Shown: positions 1 to 9,705, counted from the stretch's first letter. The stretch is DNA of 64,000 nucleotides from an uncultured Clostridia bacterium (GCA_963558245.1 CAUWGA010000001.1:82588-146587); one strand, 5' to 3'. Translations and numbers: made by a program. Notes: generated by a model not told the origin, from the sequence alone.

Positions 1-1088
1 TATTCAAAGTCTATTTCTTCATCTCCTGTACCATATAATATTTTTTCCATAAACCATCTTGGCAAATCTTTTATCTTTTTATTTTTAATATCTACTCCAT
101 AGTGTTTTCCTATACTTTCAAAGTACATTTTTGCCATAGTATCACCTTTTTTCATTGTGCTTGAACCAAATGCTTTTATTCCATCATATAATGTTTTATT
201 TTTATCTGGTACAATTAAATCTTCGTCCATTTTCATTAAATATCCTATCCCTGTACATGTTGGACATGCTCCAAATGGATTATTAAATGAAAACATACGT
301 GGTGTTAATTCTGGAAAACTAAAACCACAGTCAGGACATGCATAGTTGCAACTATACAAAACTGGACTTTTTCCTACTATATCAACTAAAACTAATTTAT
401 CTGCATATTTTAATGCAGTTTCTACTGACTCTGTTAGTCGACTTATAATATCATTTTTTATAACTAGCCTATCAACTACTAATTCGATATCATGTTTTTT
501 CTTTCTATCTAATTCTATATCATCTGAAAGTTCATATATTTCGCCATCTATTCTTACCCTTACAAAACCATCTTTTTGATATCCTTCTAATTGCTTAGTA
601 TATTCTCCTTTACGACCTCTAACCACTGGAGCTAATATTTGTATTTTTGTTCCTTCTTGTAATGTCATGATATTATCTATAATTTGGTCAATTGTTTGTT
701 TTTCTATTTTCTTTCCACAATTTGGACAATATGGAACCCCTATACGAGCATATAATAAACGAATATAGTCATAAATTTCTGTTACTGTTCCTACTGTTGA
801 ACGTGGATTTTTAGAGGTTGTTTTTTGGTCTATAGAAATCGCTGGTGATAATCCATCTATTCTTTCCACATTTGGCTTTTCCATTAATCCTAAAAATTGT
901 CTTGCATATGAAGATAAACTCTCGACATATCTTCTTTGCCCTTCTGCATATAATGTGTCAAATGCTAAACTTGATTTTCCAGAACCAGATAGTCCTGTTA
1001 TAACAACTAATTTATCTCTTGGTATTTCTAAATTTATATTTTTTAAATTATGTTCTTTTGCACCTTTTATAATTATTTTGTCATTCAT
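1..1088 (-). CDS. uvrA: Excinuclease ABC subunit A, N-terminal ~362 codons (gene continues beyond the left window edge)
   Basis: Absent from the ORF track because it is truncated. My minus-strand translation from ATG 1088..1086 reads MNDKIIIKGAKEHNLKNINLEIPRDKLVVITGLSGSGKSSLAFDTLYAEGQRRYVESLSSYARQFLG... It has Walker A GLSGSGKSS and Cys-pair zinc motifs (CPNCG, CPDCG, CPTCTG). AGGGGG RBS lies 6 nt upstream. Confidence 0.93.
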   Translation of the reverse strand, partial: MNDKIIIKGAKEHNLKNINLEIPRDKLVVITGLSGSGKSSLAFDTLYAEGQRRYVESLSSYARQFLGLMEKPNVERIDGLSPAISIDQKTTSKNPRSTVGTVTEIYDYIRLLYARIGVPYCPNCGKKIEKQTIDQIIDNIMTLQEGTKIQILAPVVRGRKGEYTKQLEGYQKDGFVRVRIDGEIYELSDDIELDRKKKHDIELVVDRLVIKNDIISRLTESVETALKYADKLVLVDIVGKSPVLYSCNYACPDCGFSFPELTPRMFSFNNPFGACPTCTGIGYLMKMDEDLIVPDKNKTLYDGIKAFGSSTMKKGDTMAKMYFESIGKHYGVDIKNKKIKDLPRWFMEKILYGTGDEEIDFE

Positions 1089-1144
1089 AAAATGCCCCCT
1101 ACAATATATATTATTTAATCATTTTCCCATATTATACATATATC

Positions 1145-1173
1145 ATTATAACTTATTATTTGCATAAAAACAA
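1145..1173 (-). promoter_or_regulatory. Candidate sigma-A promoter for uvrA (TTGTTT-17-TATAAT)
   Basis: Minus strand reads ttgttt ttatgcaaataataagt tataat, about 55 nt upstream of the uvrA start. No GAAC-N4-GTTC LexA box seen. Confidence 0.4.
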
Positions 1174-1249
1174 GAGTTTGGTTTTGTTCTTGTAAAATTT
1201 TCTTAAAAATTCATACAAAACAACTTAGAAAAATCAGCATACCTTTTCT

Positions 1250-1289
1250 ATATAACAAAAGAAGGATGCGTTTAAATCTAAACGCATCC
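1250..1289 (-). terminator. Rho-independent terminator downstream of the MBL RNase-like gene
   Basis: Perfect 11-bp stem ggatgcgttta / taaacgcatcc (1264-1274 / 1279-1289) with a 4-nt loop, followed on the minus strand by ttcttttgtt. Confidence 0.8.
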
Positions 1290-1299
1290 AATAGAATTG

Positions 1300-2715
1300 T
1301 TACATGAATTTAGTTGTTTTAGTTTCAACTAATCCGTATGGGTTTACTCTGAAGAAATAATCCCTTCCCAAAATTCCTACGTCTTTTGGTTCTACTTCTT
1401 CGATTATTTTATTAGCAAATACATATTTAACATTTTGTTCTCCGTGATTTACTAATGCTAGTTTTAATCTCTTAAATTGCTTTAAGAAATCTATCATCTC
1501 ATCTGATTTAGCATGTGCAGAAAATTCATTAGTATATTCTACATCTGCATTTTTTCTTAATAGCCTTCCTCCGATTTCTACAGTTTGGCCTTTTTCAGCC
1601 TCTTTTAACTTTCTTCCCAAAGTTCCCTCTGCAGTATATCCTGTAAATTGTATAAGTGCATTTTCTCTTTTTATATATTCTGGAATATATAATTGAGCGG
1701 GTCCATATGAACCCATGCCAGATGTTGTAAGAATTATTTTTACACTTGTGTCGTATAAAATACTATTTCTTGATTTTTTGTCTACATAGTGTAAATTTTC
1801 TGGTAAAAAATTCTTCATCTCCTCTTTTATATTTAAATCTGCGTTTAAATATAAAAATGTATATTTGATTGCCAAATTGCCATCAAGATATATCGGAATT
1901 TCTTTACTTAATTTACCTGTTTCTTGCATTTCCTTTAGCTTATACAAAATTTCTTGTGCTCTACCAAGAGAAAATACTGGCGAGACTACTGCTCCTTTCT
2001 TTTTTAAACATGCTAATACATTTTTTTCAAAACACTCTACTATTTCTGTAGATTCCATATCTCCATAAGTTGATTCTTGAATTACTGTTATTGGTAATTC
2101 GCATACCCAATTAGGCAAAGGCTCAACTTTTGCAAATAGGTTATTAGAATTATAGTCTCCTGTAAAAAGTAAGTTAATGTCTTCATATCCTGGATAGCTT
2201 ATTTGTACTAAAAGAATACTAGCACCAACGAGATGTCCATTTTCAAAAAAAGTAACCTTTATATTGTCATTGATATTAATTTCATTTCTGTAATCACAAC
2301 CTTTTACAAGTCGTAATGTATTATCAACATCAATATCATTATACAACGCTCTTTCACAATTTCTTTTAGACAATTCTCTTAATACTTTACAACTATCTTC
2401 TAATGCCAGAGGCATTAATATTTTTGTAGGATTAGAAGTATAAATTAGTTTGTTATAACCTTTTTTAACTAATAGTGGTAATCTTCCTATATGATCTACA
2501 TGGTTATGTGTAACCAAACAAAAATCAATATTGTTAGGATCAAAAGTAAATTCTTTATTGTACTTACTATATTGTTTTTCTTGAAACAAACCACAGTCTA
2601 CAATAAATCTAATCCGCTCATAATTTGGAAATATTACATTTACCAGATTAAGTGATCCTGTAACCTCAGGATGTAACGCCATTATCTCTGCATACAACCG
2701 TTCTTTTTTTCCCAT
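1300..2715 (-). CDS. MBL-fold metallo-hydrolase, beta-CASP / RNA-processing type (CPSF/RNase J-like)
   Basis: 471-aa ORF with HxHxDH motif (VTHNHVDHIG) and a later GHLVGAS motif, laid out like beta-CASP RNases. AGGAGG RBS lies 8 nt upstream of the ATG. Confidence 0.8.
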   Translation of the reverse strand: MGKKERLYAEIMALHPEVTGSLNLVNVIFPNYERIRFIVDCGLFQEKQYSKYNKEFTFDPNNIDFCLVTHNHVDHIGRLPLLVKKGYNKLIYTSNPTKILMPLALEDSCKVLRELSKRNCERALYNDIDVDNTLRLVKGCDYRNEININDNIKVTFFENGHLVGASILLVQISYPGYEDINLLFTGDYNSNNLFAKVEPLPNWVCELPITVIQESTYGDMESTEIVECFEKNVLACLKKKGAVVSPVFSLGRAQEILYKLKEMQETGKLSKEIPIYLDGNLAIKYTFLYLNADLNIKEEMKNFLPENLHYVDKKSRNSILYDTSVKIILTTSGMGSYGPAQLYIPEYIKRENALIQFTGYTAEGTLGRKLKEAEKGQTVEIGGRLLRKNADVEYTNEFSAHAKSDEMIDFLKQFKRLKLALVNHGEQNVKYVFANKIIEEVEPKDVGILGRDYFFRVNPYGLVETKTTKFM

Positions 2716-2758
2716 ACTAAATTCCTCCTATACTCATAGTTTTTTATAGTACACTTTT

Positions 2759-2787
2759 ATTTTACCACCTATGTTTTTTTATGTCAA
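2759..2787 (-). promoter_or_regulatory. Candidate sigma-A promoter (TTGACA-17-TAAAAT) for the MBL RNase-like gene
   Basis: Minus strand reads ttgaca taaaaaaacataggtgg taaaat. The -35 box touches the end of repeat copy A. Confidence 0.55.
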
Positions 2788-2825
2788 TGTTCAATTTGGA
2801 CGGGGTCCAGGTCCAAATTGGACAT
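2787..2825 (-). repeat. GTCC/GGAC palindromic element, copy A (39-nt form)
   Basis: Minus-strand reading is ATGTCCAATTTGGACCTGGACCCCGTCCAAATTGAACAT. It can form a 14-bp stem with one mismatch and a 9-nt loop. It is related to copies at 13744, 39138, 40666, 62287 and 62339. Confidence 0.85.
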
Positions 2826-2828
2826 TGG

Positions 2829-4490
2829 CTAAAATATTCCTATTATGTTTCCTTTTTTATCAATATCAATACTTTCGGCTGAAGGTTCTTTTGGTAGTCC
2901 TGGCATTGTCATTATTTTTCCTGCTAATACTACAATAAATCCTGCTCCTGCTTTTAGTTCAACATTTCTCACATGTATATTATAGCATTCTTTACATGTA
3001 AGATTTTTAGGATCATCTGAAAATGAATATTGAGTTTTTGCTATACATATTGGTAGATTTCCATATCCTAATTTTTCTATCTTTTCTATTTCTTTCTTAG
3101 CTTCCTCAGAATATTCTACATTATTTGCTCCATATATTTCCCTAGAAACTTTTAATATTTTTTCCACTATACTATCTTCTAAATTGTATATATATTTTAA
3201 TTTCTTCTTATCTTCTACTAAATTTACTAATTTATTTGCAATATCTCTTGCTCCTTCTCCACCTTTTTCCCAGCCTTGAACTAAACTGACATCTACACCT
3301 TTTTCTTTCATTTTTTGTGTAACTAAATCTATTTCTTTTTGAGTATCTGAAGTATATTGGTTTAAAGCTACTATAACGTTTAATCCAAATTTATCTTTCA
3401 AATTTTCTATATGTTTATATACATTATGAATTCCTTTTTCTAGCCCTTCTATATTTTCTTTTTGGATGTCTTCTTTAGTTACTCCTCCATGATATTTAAT
3501 TGCTTTTATTGTTGCTACTAATACAACTGCATCAGGTGATAAATTAGCCTTTCTACATTTTATATCCAGAAATTTTTCTGCACCTAAATCTGCACCAAAT
3601 CCTGCTTCTGTTATTACATATTCTCCTAATTTTAATGCTGTTCTAGTCGCAATAATGCTATTACATCCATGTGCTATATTTGCAAATGGTCCTCCATGAA
3701 TAATTGCTGGTGTATGTTCTAGTGTTTGCACTAAATTTGGTTTTATAGCATCTTTTAAAAGAACTGTCATTGCTCCATTAGCTTTTAATTGTTTTGCATA
3801 TATTGGCTCATCATTTCCGTCAAAACCGACAACTATATTACCTAATTTTTCTTTCAAATCTTCTAAATCTTCTGCTAGGCATAATATTGCCATAATCTCA
3901 GATGCTACTGTAATATCAAATTGATCTTTTCTTGGTACTATTTTATTTTCTTCTGATAAGCCCGTTTCTACCACTCTTAATTGTCTATCATTTAAATCTA
4001 CACATCTTTTCCAAACAACTTTTTTAAAGCCTAACTCATTTCCAAAATATATATGATTATCTATCATGCTAGATAGCAAATTATTTGCCGATGTAATTGC
4101 ATGAATATCTCCCGTAAAATGTAAATTTATATCTTCCATTGGTGCTATTTGAACTTTTCCTCCACCTGTAGCTCCTCCTTTAATTCCAAACACAGGTCCT
4201 AATGAAGGTTCTCTTAACGCAAGTATTGACTTTTTTCCTATTTTCCTTAATCCATCTGCTATTGCGATTGACATGGTTGTTTTTCCTTCTCCTAATGGTG
4301 TTGGACTTATTGCCGTTACTAGTATCAAATGTCCATCTTTACTATTTTTTCTTTTTTCATATACTTCGTTTGCAATTTTAGCTTTATATTTCCCATATAG
4401 CTCTAAATCATTTTGTTCTATTCCTATCCCTTCAGCGATTTTACTAATCTCTTTTAATTCTGTATTTCTAGCTATCTCTATATCTGTCAT
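2829..4490 (-). CDS. fhs: Formate--tetrahydrofolate ligase
   Basis: 553-aa ORF with the PLGEGKTT nucleotide loop, colinear with formyl-THF synthetases. AGGGAG RBS present. Confidence 0.95.
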   Translation of the reverse strand: MTDIEIARNTELKEISKIAEGIGIEQNDLELYGKYKAKIANEVYEKRKNSKDGHLILVTAISPTPLGEGKTTMSIAIADGLRKIGKKSILALREPSLGPVFGIKGGATGGGKVQIAPMEDINLHFTGDIHAITSANNLLSSMIDNHIYFGNELGFKKVVWKRCVDLNDRQLRVVETGLSEENKIVPRKDQFDITVASEIMAILCLAEDLEDLKEKLGNIVVGFDGNDEPIYAKQLKANGAMTVLLKDAIKPNLVQTLEHTPAIIHGGPFANIAHGCNSIIATRTALKLGEYVITEAGFGADLGAEKFLDIKCRKANLSPDAVVLVATIKAIKYHGGVTKEDIQKENIEGLEKGIHNVYKHIENLKDKFGLNVIVALNQYTSDTQKEIDLVTQKMKEKGVDVSLVQGWEKGGEGARDIANKLVNLVEDKKKLKYIYNLEDSIVEKILKVSREIYGANNVEYSEEAKKEIEKIEKLGYGNLPICIAKTQYSFSDDPKNLTCKECYNIHVRNVELKAGAGFIVVLAGKIMTMPGLPKEPSAESIDIDKKGNIIGIF

Positions 4491-4596
4491 TTTAATTCTC
4501 CCTTCATTTAGAACTATATATTAAAAATATAATTATAGTATTATATTTTATAGACAAGTTATATTGATTAATTTACTAATTAATTTTAAAAAAATA

Positions 4597-5037
4597 TTAT
4601 AATACTAATCCTGCAATTACACCTATTAAGGCTCCTACAAATACTTGTGTTGGAGTATGTCCTAGCACTTCAACAAGTTTTTCTGAAACTTGTACTCCAG
4701 ATAATCCTGGTGTTTCAATTAATTTATTTAGCAATGCTGCTTGTTTTCCGGCTGCTCTTCTTACTCCACATGCATCATACATTACAACAAATGCCATAAT
4801 AAATGCTAATGCAAAAATTGGACTTTCCACACCTTCATATTTACCAATTAATGTAGCTAATCCTGCAACTACTGCTGAATGAGAACTTGGCATCCCTCCT
4901 GCTCCCATAATTCTTTTAAAATTAAATTTTTTAGTTGTTACTAAATCATAAATTACTTTAAATAATTGTATTCCAAACCATAATAAAAATGGTATATATA
5001 TATATTTATTTTGTATAAATGCCATAAAACTGTTCAT
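4597..5037 (-). CDS. Divergent PAP2 / DUF212 family membrane protein
   Basis: 146 aa and multi-TM. Motifs MPSSHSA, DACGVRRAAGKQA and GHTPTQV are typical of the acid phosphatase/vanadium haloperoxidase-related family. Confidence 0.8.
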   Translation of the reverse strand: MNSFMAFIQNKYIYIPFLLWFGIQLFKVIYDLVTTKKFNFKRIMGAGGMPSSHSAVVAGLATLIGKYEGVESPIFALAFIMAFVVMYDACGVRRAAGKQAALLNKLIETPGLSGVQVSEKLVEVLGHTPTQVFVGALIGVIAGLVL

Positions 5038-5057
5038 TTTTTCTCCCCTTTTTTCTT

Positions 5058-5279
5058 TTATTCTTTTGCTTCAAAATCTTTTTCTTTTATTTCTCCATCT
5101 TCATTTACTAATATAGTAATTTTCTTTTCTGCATCTTCTAAAATTTTATTGCATTCTTTTGAAATCTTTATACCTTCTTCAAATTTTGTTACTGATTCGT
5201 CTAAACTCAAATCTCCCTTTTCTAATTGTGCTACAATTTGTTCCAATTTTTCCATTTGGTTTTCAAAATTATTTTCCAT
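5058..5279 (-). CDS. xseB: Exodeoxyribonuclease VII small subunit
   Basis: 73 aa. Contains LEQIVAQLEKGDLSLDESV and lies directly downstream of xseA. Confidence 0.9.
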   Translation of the reverse strand: MENNFENQMEKLEQIVAQLEKGDLSLDESVTKFEEGIKISKECNKILEDAEKKITILVNEDGEIKEKDFEAKE

Positions 5280-5291
5280 ATGTATTCTCCT

Positions 5292-6485
5292 TTATTTTAT
5301 TACTGCCTGCTTATTACCATCTGATAATCTTATATTTATAATTTGTTCTTTCTCTAATTCGTTTATACTCTTTACAACTTTTCCATCTTTTTCTATTATT
5401 GAATAACCTCTATAAAGAGTTTTTAGTGGACTTAAAGCATCTAATTTAGAAATTAATTCTATGTAATTACTTCTTTCTTTTTCAATTCTTATTTTTATTA
5501 AGTTTTCAAATTGTTTGATATAATTATCTATTCTTAAATAGTTATCGTTAATTTTTCTTAATGGATCACGAAATACAACACTTGCCATACATTTATCATA
5601 ACGTAATTTCATAATTTCTACTTTTTTTATTAAAGACATTCTTAGTCTATCTTGATAACTATTTATTTTTCTTTTAACTTCATATACGTCTGAAATCGCC
5701 AGCTCTGCTGCCGCTGATGGTGTAGGTGCTCTTAAATCTGCTGTAAAATCTGCTATCGTAAAATCTGTTTCATGACCTACTGCTGATATAATTGGTATTT
5801 CAGAATTGTATATACTATGTGCAACTATTTCTTCATTAAAAGGCCATAAGTCTTCTAACGAACCTCCTCCTCGAGCTAAAATGAGTACATCTGCCAACTT
5901 ATTTTTATTCATATATTCAATTCCTTCTGCAATTTTTTCAGCTGCTCCATCTCCTTGCACAGGCACAGGTAATAAACGAATATATACATTTGGATTTCTT
6001 CTTGTTGAAACATTTATAATATCTCTAATTACAGAACCTGTTTGTGAAGTTAACACTCCTACTACTTTAGGCATAAGAGGTATTTTTTTCTTATGTGTAT
6101 TATCAAAATATCCTTGTGCTTCTAATTTTATTTTTAGTTCCTGATATTTTTTATATAAATCTCCTAGGCCATCTTCTTCCATTATTTGCACATATATTTG
6201 ATAAACTCCATCTCTTTCAAATACCGATACACTTCCCAAAACTATAACTTTCATACCATCTTTAGGCATGAAAGTTAATTTTTGAGCATATGACTTAAAA
6301 CATATACATTTAATTAAAGAGTTTTCATCTTTTAAAGTAAAATACATATGTCCTGTGTAATGATTTTTAAAATTAGATATTTCACCTTTTACTAAAACTT
6401 GGTTTAAATATTCGTCATTTGCAACTTTATCTTTTATATATTTATTTAAATCAGATACTGTAATTGCCATATCTGCATATCTCAT
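5292..6485 (-). CDS. xseA: Exodeoxyribonuclease VII large subunit
   Basis: 397 aa with an N-terminal OB-fold region and ARGGGSLEDLWPFNEE. AAGGAG RBS lies 6 nt upstream, and the gene is tightly packed after nusB. Confidence 0.93.
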   Translation of the reverse strand: MRYADMAITVSDLNKYIKDKVANDEYLNQVLVKGEISNFKNHYTGHMYFTLKDENSLIKCICFKSYAQKLTFMPKDGMKVIVLGSVSVFERDGVYQIYVQIMEEDGLGDLYKKYQELKIKLEAQGYFDNTHKKKIPLMPKVVGVLTSQTGSVIRDIINVSTRRNPNVYIRLLPVPVQGDGAAEKIAEGIEYMNKNKLADVLILARGGGSLEDLWPFNEEIVAHSIYNSEIPIISAVGHETDFTIADFTADLRAPTPSAAAELAISDVYEVKRKINSYQDRLRMSLIKKVEIMKLRYDKCMASVVFRDPLRKINDNYLRIDNYIKQFENLIKIRIEKERSNYIELISKLDALSPLKTLYRGYSIIEKDGKVVKSINELEKEQIINIRLSDGNKQAVIK

Positions 6486-6488
6486 ATT

Positions 6489-6890
6489 TTACTCCTTAAC
6501 CACACTTGCTAAAATTCCATTAACAAAATTTTTAGAAGTATCTTCTCCATATTTCTTAGCTAACTCTACAGCTTCATTTATTACAACTTTATATGGTAAC
6601 TCTTTATATTTAATTTCATATATTGCTAATTTTAATATAACTAAGTCTATTTTAGAAATACGTTCTATTTTCCAATCAGATTTTAAGTTTTTCTCTATAT
6701 TTTCTAAGATTGTATCCTTATGTTGTTCTACTCCTAAAACTGCGTCTTTTAAATATTCAACCGCATTTTTATTCGTAATGTCATTACTTTCTAAATATAG
6801 TTCAACCTGTTCCTCTAAATTTTCATTTTTTTGTATTTCTAAACTATACATTAGTTTAAAAGCTTGCTCTCTTATTTCTGAACGATTCAT
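6489..6890 (-). CDS. nusB: Transcription antitermination factor NusB
   Basis: 133 aa. Has a typical NusB C-terminal half ([12 protein letters not shown]...FVNGIL) and the conserved position upstream of xseA. Confidence 0.92.
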   Translation of the reverse strand: MNRSEIREQAFKLMYSLEIQKNENLEEQVELYLESNDITNKNAVEYLKDAVLGVEQHKDTILENIEKNLKSDWKIERISKIDLVILKLAIYEIKYKELPYKVVINEAVELAKKYGEDTSKNFVNGILASVVKE

Positions 6891-6918
6891 TTTACTTCCT
6901 CTCTAATTTCTTTTTTTG

Positions 6919-7122
6919 CTACATTTTATCTATAAAATTTTTAAGCTTTGTTTTTACATCATCTTTGTTTTGTTGTACATAATTCCCTATTAATGCTCCT
7001 AAAATTAATACTATAGCTGCTATTATTAAATCCTGTAATCTTGTTATTAAAATTAGTACAGCAATTACTACACCTATAATAGCACCTTTATAATTATTCC
7101 AAAAGCCTTTAAATCCTGTCAT
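6919..7122 (-). CDS. Small integral membrane protein (DUF2273-like) of the Asp23 module
   Basis: 67 aa with two hydrophobic helices. Sits at the usual position downstream of Asp23/AmaP. Confidence 0.6.
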   Translation of the reverse strand: MTGFKGFWNNYKGAIIGVVIAVLILITRLQDLIIAAIVLILGALIGNYVQQNKDDVKTKLKNFIDKM

Positions 7123-7143
7123 ACTTCTTCTTCCTTTCTCTAA

Positions 7144-7695
7144 TTATTCTTCATTTTCTTTATCAGCAACTTTTTTAACTGTTATATTAACTTCTTTTAC
7201 TTCTAAATCTGTTGCTTTTTTTACTTTTTCTTTAATTTTATTTTGAAGGTTTAAAGATAAATCTTTAATTATTGCATCTGAATTTATAATTAAATTAACA
7301 TATACTTTTACATTATTATCTTCATCTAATTCTACTCTAGTTGTAACATCTTCGGCACTTGGAAAATTTAATGCTACTGAATTTACTAAATTTTCTATAG
7401 TTTCTTTAGAAATTAAAAGTTTTCCACTTTCATTTTGTAATAAAACACCTTGTCTATCTTTTATTTGTTCTTTTGATGTTGAATCAAAGAATATACATTT
7501 TATTGAAAGTAAAATAAATGCTATGCTTAGTCCAAGTACAATTTTGCTTGATGTTTCTCCTACTAAAATTTTATATACAAAATCTCCAGCCATACTCATA
7601 TCTAGCCATCCGAATATTAATAAACATACTATTATTGATAATATTAACATTATATTAGAATATATAATTAACGCAATTTTTTCTAAAATTTTCAT
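7144..7695 (-). CDS. Alkaline shock response membrane anchor protein (AmaP-like)
   Basis: 183 aa with two N-terminal TM helices and a soluble tail. Lies directly downstream of the Asp23 gene. Confidence 0.6.
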   Translation of the reverse strand: MKILEKIALIIYSNIMLILSIIVCLLIFGWLDMSMAGDFVYKILVGETSSKIVLGLSIAFILLSIKCIFFDSTSKEQIKDRQGVLLQNESGKLLISKETIENLVNSVALNFPSAEDVTTRVELDEDNNVKVYVNLIINSDAIIKDLSLNLQNKIKEKVKKATDLEVKEVNITVKKVADKENEE

Positions 7696-7766
7696 TTCTT
7701 TTATTTCTCCTTTAATTTTAATTTTTACTTTTGTTTTATTTTGTATTTTTACAGTTATAAGATGTA

Positions 7767-8228
7767 TTAATCATCTTTATTTTCATTTTTGTTTTCTTCT
7801 TTGTTTTCGCTTGTGTTTGAAGCTGTATCTGTATTTACTCCTTGTACATTTACATTTACTTCTTCTACTTTTAATCCAGTCATGCTTTCAACTGCTTTTT
7901 TTACTCTATTTTGAATTGCAAATGCAACATCTGGTATTCTTGAACCATATTCAACAATTATATTTACATCTATTTTAGCGATGTTATCTTCTATATCTGC
8001 TTTTATTCCTTTTGCAAGATTCTTTTTACCACTAAATACTTCTGAAATTCCTCCTGCAAAACTTCCTGCCATACCAGCAACTCCAGAAACTTCTGATACT
8101 GCAACTCCAGCAATTACTGCTACTACATCATCAGATATTTTTATTCCATCACTGTCTGTTTTTATTTCTTCATCTAGTTCTACTATTTCTTCTTTTTCTT
8201 CTTGGTTTACTTTGTTTTCTTCACTCAT
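7767..8228 (-). CDS. Asp23/Gls24 family envelope stress response protein
   Basis: 153 aa. Contains ISDDVVAVIAGVAVSEVSGVAGM and VNIIVEYGSRIPDVA, typical of Asp23. Confidence 0.85.
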   Translation of the reverse strand: MSEENKVNQEEKEEIVELDEEIKTDSDGIKISDDVVAVIAGVAVSEVSGVAGMAGSFAGGISEVFSGKKNLAKGIKADIEDNIAKIDVNIIVEYGSRIPDVAFAIQNRVKKAVESMTGLKVEEVNVNVQGVNTDTASNTSENKEENKNENKDD

Positions 8229-8267
8229 GTTATTTCCTCCTAACTGTATTCTTTTTTGTTTTAGTAA

Positions 8268-8306
8268 CTAAAAAAAGATATACTTATATTCTTGTATAAG
8301 TATATC
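8268..8306 (-). terminator. Rho-independent terminator after spoIIIAH
   Basis: Perfect 12-bp stem gatatacttata / tataagtatatc with a 6-nt loop, followed on the minus strand by a T7 run. Confidence 0.85.
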
Positions 8307-8358
8307 AATTTTTTCCTTTTTTTACAACTATTTTAATTAAATTTTAATAGTTTTGTTT

Positions 8359-9045
8359 TTATTTCGTTGATATATGTATATTTTCAATATTGGCTTTCAT
8401 TTCTCTTGATATTATATTTTGTATTTGTGAGACCTCTTCTGGTTTTAACTCTTTTGTTCCTATTATTATGCTAATACTTTCTCCATTCACAAAAATTACT
8501 GCATTAGAAAATCCTTTTGTTTGTAATAAGTTTTCACAAACCATAATACTATTTTTTGTTTCATTTATTTTAGTTATTTCTTTTGTAGCTGACTGTTTTT
8601 GAGTTTCTAACGAGTTACTACTGTTTAATACCTTTTCATATGTTTCTAACATTTGTGAATACATTGTATCTCTTTCTAATTTTGATTTCACAAAGTATTC
8701 ATCACTAACTTCACTACTAGTTTGAGTTGTTATATCTTTAGAGTTAGTATTGGTTTCATTTTTATTTTTGTTTTCATTAGTTGCATTTTCTGTTGTAGGT
8801 GCCGTTGTTTTAATATTATCTGTATTAGTATTATTATTTGTACTAGTATTTGTATTTTCTGCTATATCATTACTACTTACTAATCTTGCATCTCCCACAT
8901 TAGCATATTCGTTTATGCTTTCTATTTCCTGACTACTTGTTTCTAATGCCTGTTTATGGTTTGTAGAATAATTCAAGTATCCCGCAACCATTAACAATAC
9001 TGCTATTGTATATACAATAATTTGATTTTTCTTTAATAATTTCAT
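8359..9045 (-). CDS. spoIIIAH: Stage III sporulation protein AH
   Basis: 228 aa with an N-terminal TM, a low-complexity linker and a C-terminal YscJ/FliF-like region (FSNAVIFVNGESISIII). It is the last gene of the spoIIIA operon. Confidence 0.85.
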   Translation of the reverse strand: MKLLKKNQIIVYTIAVLLMVAGYLNYSTNHKQALETSSQEIESINEYANVGDARLVSSNDIAENTNTSTNNNTNTDNIKTTAPTTENATNENKNKNETNTNSKDITTQTSSEVSDEYFVKSKLERDTMYSQMLETYEKVLNSSNSLETQKQSATKEITKINETKNSIMVCENLLQTKGFSNAVIFVNGESISIIIGTKELKPEEVSQIQNIISREMKANIENIHISTK

Positions 9046-9081
9046 ATATATACCTTCTTTCTTTTATTTTTGTTTATATTT

Positions 9082-9705
9082 TTAATTCATTTCGAATACT
9101 TGTATTTTGTGTGTAGCGAGTCCTGTAACCGCTTCAACTGCTTGTATTATGTTGTTTTTTGTTGTTGCATTATTTACTCCTGTCGCTGTAATTATTGCTC
9201 CTTCTATTTTAGGCTGAATTGTTTTTTGTGTAATTGGTGTTTTTTTTCCATTTTCTTCTTGATAAATTATATCTTTTTGAGTGTCTGTTTCTTGTATTTT
9301 TCTATTTCCTCCAGATGTATCGCTTTCTTCAGTCGTACTTACTTTTGAGTTTTCGTTATACATTGCTACTATTTCACTGCTTTCTGAATAGTTTAAACAT
9401 ACTTCAACGTTTCCAACTCCTTGTATCTTAGATAATATATTTTTTAGTTTTTCTTCTAAATTGTTTGAATTTATTGTTTCATTATTTGTATTATTATTTT
9501 CATTTGTAGCCAGTTTTTTTGAACTATCATTAATACCTTGCTGTTTTGTATCCTTTTTTCCATTCCATATTAAATTGATGGCTACTACTGTAATTATTAA
9601 AATAACAACAAAAAATACTAAGTTTTCTATCTTTCTTTTATCATTTCCACTTTGTCCTTCTTCATCGTCATTTGATATTAACTTTTTCAATTTATCTCTA
9701 AACAT
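9082..9705 (-). CDS. spoIIIAG: Stage III sporulation protein AG
   Basis: 207 aa with an N-terminal TM. The C-terminus IEGAIITATG...AVEAVTGLATHKIQVFEM is typical of SpoIIIAG. Overlaps spoIIIAF by 19 nt. Confidence 0.88.
   Translation of the reverse strand: MFRDKLKKLISNDDEEGQSGNDKRKIENLVFFVVILIITVVAINLIWNGKKDTKQQGINDSSKKLATNENNNTNNETINSNNLEEKLKNILSKIQGVGNVEVCLNYSESSEIVAMYNENSKVSTTEESDTSGGNRKIQETDTQKDIIYQEENGKKTPITQKTIQPKIEGAIITATGVNNATTKNNIIQAVEAVTGLATHKIQVFEMN

Noticed and set aside
1089-1299. LexA/SOS box upstream of uvrA, and the inverted repeat acaaga...tcttgt at about 1169-1192
   Set aside because: No GAAC-N4-GTTC-type motif is present. The 6-bp arms are too short to interpret.
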